Below, one piece after another: positions 62,001-64,000 of a stretch of 64,000 nt of DNA. The DNA lies in contig JAQGDQ010000189.1 in NCBI GenBank assembly GCA_030141605.1, forward strand, positions 186,001 to 250,000, given 5' to 3'. This DNA is from Tubiluchus corallicola (taxonomy: Eukaryota > Animalia > Priapulida). The position numbers were made by a program, and so were the translations under genes. Position 1 is the stretch's first letter, and every line of letters starts with the position of its first letter. Below the pieces are notes generated by a model. That model did not search any database. It saw nothing but the letters and a program-made list of their open reading frames with translations, and was not told the origin of the DNA.

Positions 62001-62625
62001 AGACTCCGTCACCAAGCTGCTCAAAGACGAAGCGAAAGAGACGTTCTACTACAAAGTGTGAAACACTGTTATCCTATTTTAATGCTGACGAAAACTCAAA
62101 ACCTAAAACAAGCTAGGCAGTTGCTGTAGGTCAAAGGTTAAGTGCACCACAGCAATGCATCTTAACTACAACCGTCACATGAGTTGTGGGTATAGCAAAG
62201 CCTTCTGCTGCATCAGCTCAGTAATTTGCTCGGGAACAAGAAAAAATGAAGATTCTAGCTAGCTGTTAAAACTGTTATTATTACAATAGGATGGGCTGCG
62301 AGGCGTTATCAAGTGTACACACATGTGCTGCGTGGTACACTTAACCTTTGGCCTATTCACGATCATCGTCAATTGCTGGAACTGTGAAAAGACTTACTTT
62401 GCAGGTTTTAAAGTCCAAGTCGTTTTAAGTGCAAAGTAACTGTTTAGGTTTGTTTTACTATTTTGTGAAAAGAGACATGGATCAAAACGAACAATCTTAC
62501 TCAGAACTTTTCCTCTATAGAATGTTCACTTATCTCACTTTGGCTTTAAAATTACTCAATATCCCTTTAATGTGACGTTAATTTAGATTATAACTGATAC
62601 AAAATTTAAAGCAAAAAGCACAACA
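59091..62625 (+). repeat. Segmental duplicate of ~48712-51590 (DTL block)
   Basis: Colinear identity from TACCTTTGCA...AACAACGGAGGGTGTAG to AAAATTTAAAGCAAAAA, with indels. Confidence 0.92.
60539..62116 (+). CDS. DTL: Denticleless/Cdt2 copy 2 (525 aa, two in-frame deletions)
   Basis: Highly similar to copy 1. It lacks AQNSKKRKRTAEF (13 aa) and a 20-aa segment including NWL; the WDLR motifs and C-terminal TLLSYF are retained. Confidence 0.92.
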   Translation: MSRYLQSIPMQTCARQLHGRTSSISIYSMLSSFTSCAADNLAFQGYDFKKAPPSVCKFSRTDPHVFVLANEEGTVHLYDSNLPGEASLIRTWSAHSNAVFHVSWMPGESKLVTVSGDQKCILWDVTTNALLATLKGHKRSVKSVDFCRDDRNVLATGSRDGNVMVWDLRMNNRSGFHRAMKVIANAHVTQERDVRSKPRSVTSVAFQSDHMLYSSGATDATIKGWDLRTSCYTHFPKYLFPYCGRGDRRRGFSHIMFDTGYTKLVANCMDNVIYVYDCITFSSEPIASFAGHLNSSFYVKSTLSPEDQFLVTGSGDGNAYIYDFSRPRAVPYVLQGHAAEVTDVTWCPTDITKVVTCGDDTTMMWRLSRQPHSYLDHAGTAKKSEIPSGRMSWQPLNTYTELEKTPKKQVLKPSTASAVCSSPLKENSCNIAKASESVKFDDKVCEYSQSPTANLPNSVLDGVRTLSSKKQKENGCEKERGNVTPESKTPSPSCSKTKRKRRSTTKCETLLSYFNADENSKPKTS

Positions 62626-64000
62626 TTCAAAGCCTGTTTTTCTTGTGCAATGCATTTCCGAAATGCAGTCACTAGTGTCCGTCTATCTAGAGAATGGCGA
62701 AATGCATGCAACAGCGAAGAACTAGTGGCGCAAACGCACTACTGTGCTTGTGTGGTAATAATTCTTTCAGTCAAGTCAGTTTTGTTGTTATTATTATTAT
62801 TAATCAACTATTCTTGCAACAGGGACATGCGAGAAGTTATACAAAAATAGTATAATCTCTTTAACTATCAGAAAAAAACAAATGATTTATGCACACAAAC
62901 TACAAGTATACCCAAATTGCGTAATATATTTATTTTTTCTAAAAACACGCTTCCACACAGACCAAAATGAAAGGCAGACACAATCTTCTTTCAATGTACA
63001 GAGTTGTTCCAGCACGTAATGGCAAAACTTATGCACAATCAAACTAGTAGCTTTAACATCTGCAGTACCACATACGTTCGTGTACCTAATAAACTATACA
63101 ATAATGTCAACAGACAAATTTCATGTATTATACAACAAAAGTCTAGCACCATAATCTTAGTCAATTTATACAAGCACTCACAGTGTTATAAAAAGAAAAC
63201 AACTGTTATTAGACGTTTATAAAATGCTCAAAATATAAAAATGTCACAGCCATTTCGACTATAGCCTGCAGTCATCAAAAGTGATAGATTACGCAAGCAA
63301 ACAATCGGTATAAACAAATTATAATGCGATAGATGACAGGATGGTTTAATATAAACATCGTGTTTTGTGTCGTAAATCAACCAAATAAAAAAATTATTTA
63401 ACGGAATTGAGAAAACATCAGATACAAATGACTTTATTAAAGTCTCCATTGATTATTAACAAAAACAAGAACAACAATGGACGCGCGCTCAAATTCCGGC
63501 GCTAAACTAATTATAACGTTGCAGTGCCATCTATCGTGATTTATGTAAATTATGATTAACGAACAAACTCTCATCATTACATATAACCAGTACATTCCGT
63601 ATTGTAGACTCTGCCTATGTAAGTGGTTGTTTGTTTCTGTAATCTAACATTGATAATGACTGTGGACTGCAGTCGAAATGTCTGTGAAATTTTTTTTTAA
63701 CATTTTATAAGGTTTTAATAAAAGTTATGATAGCCTAATCTTAAATACAGCAAAAATCTCAAAAATAAGTGAGCTCACAACTTTACTCAACAAACTTTAC
63801 CCTGTCTATATACGCCTGAGTTAAAAATACTCACAAATCTAAGGCCGATGTACAAAATATAGGATCATAAGGCACAATATGAGTAAAATTTGACTATAGC
63901 AAACTATAAAAATATAAAGAATTAAAAACTAAAAACTCTAATACTAATTAATGACTAAAAACAAAAAACAAATTTTGAAAAATGTATAAAACCTACATTT

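Noticed and set aside
63835-63893. Possible - strand exon (SNFTHIVPYDPIFCTSALD) with AG and GTGAGT boundaries
   Set aside because: Short, unrecognised peptide with no partner exons identifiable in the window.

Overview
AT-rich, intron- and repeat-rich invertebrate animal genomic DNA, not prokaryotic. From left to right it holds: the 3' half of a quaking/how (QKI, STAR family) gene on +, with short and long alternative C-termini; a complete BTF3 (NAC-beta) gene on -; and, head-to-head with BTF3, a complete 14-exon NASP histone-chaperone gene on +. NASP intron 8 has minor-spliceosome (U12-like) signals. Nested in it on the same strand is an intronless ankyrin-repeat + Mab21/cGAS-like nucleotidyltransferase (cGLR) gene, with intact catalytic motifs but one in-frame TGA. 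Downstream are two intronless DTL/Cdt2 paralogues from a local segmental duplication, flanking one complete and one partial FAM162-like gene on -. The introns hold many MITEs (hAT, pogo/Tigger, piggyBac, Kolobok-like), a tRNA-derived SINE, LINE 3' fragments, a solo LTR and many minisatellites. Several minisatellites sit directly on splice sites, a poly(A) site or promoter motifs. All calls come from manual reading and motif recall; no database search was run.
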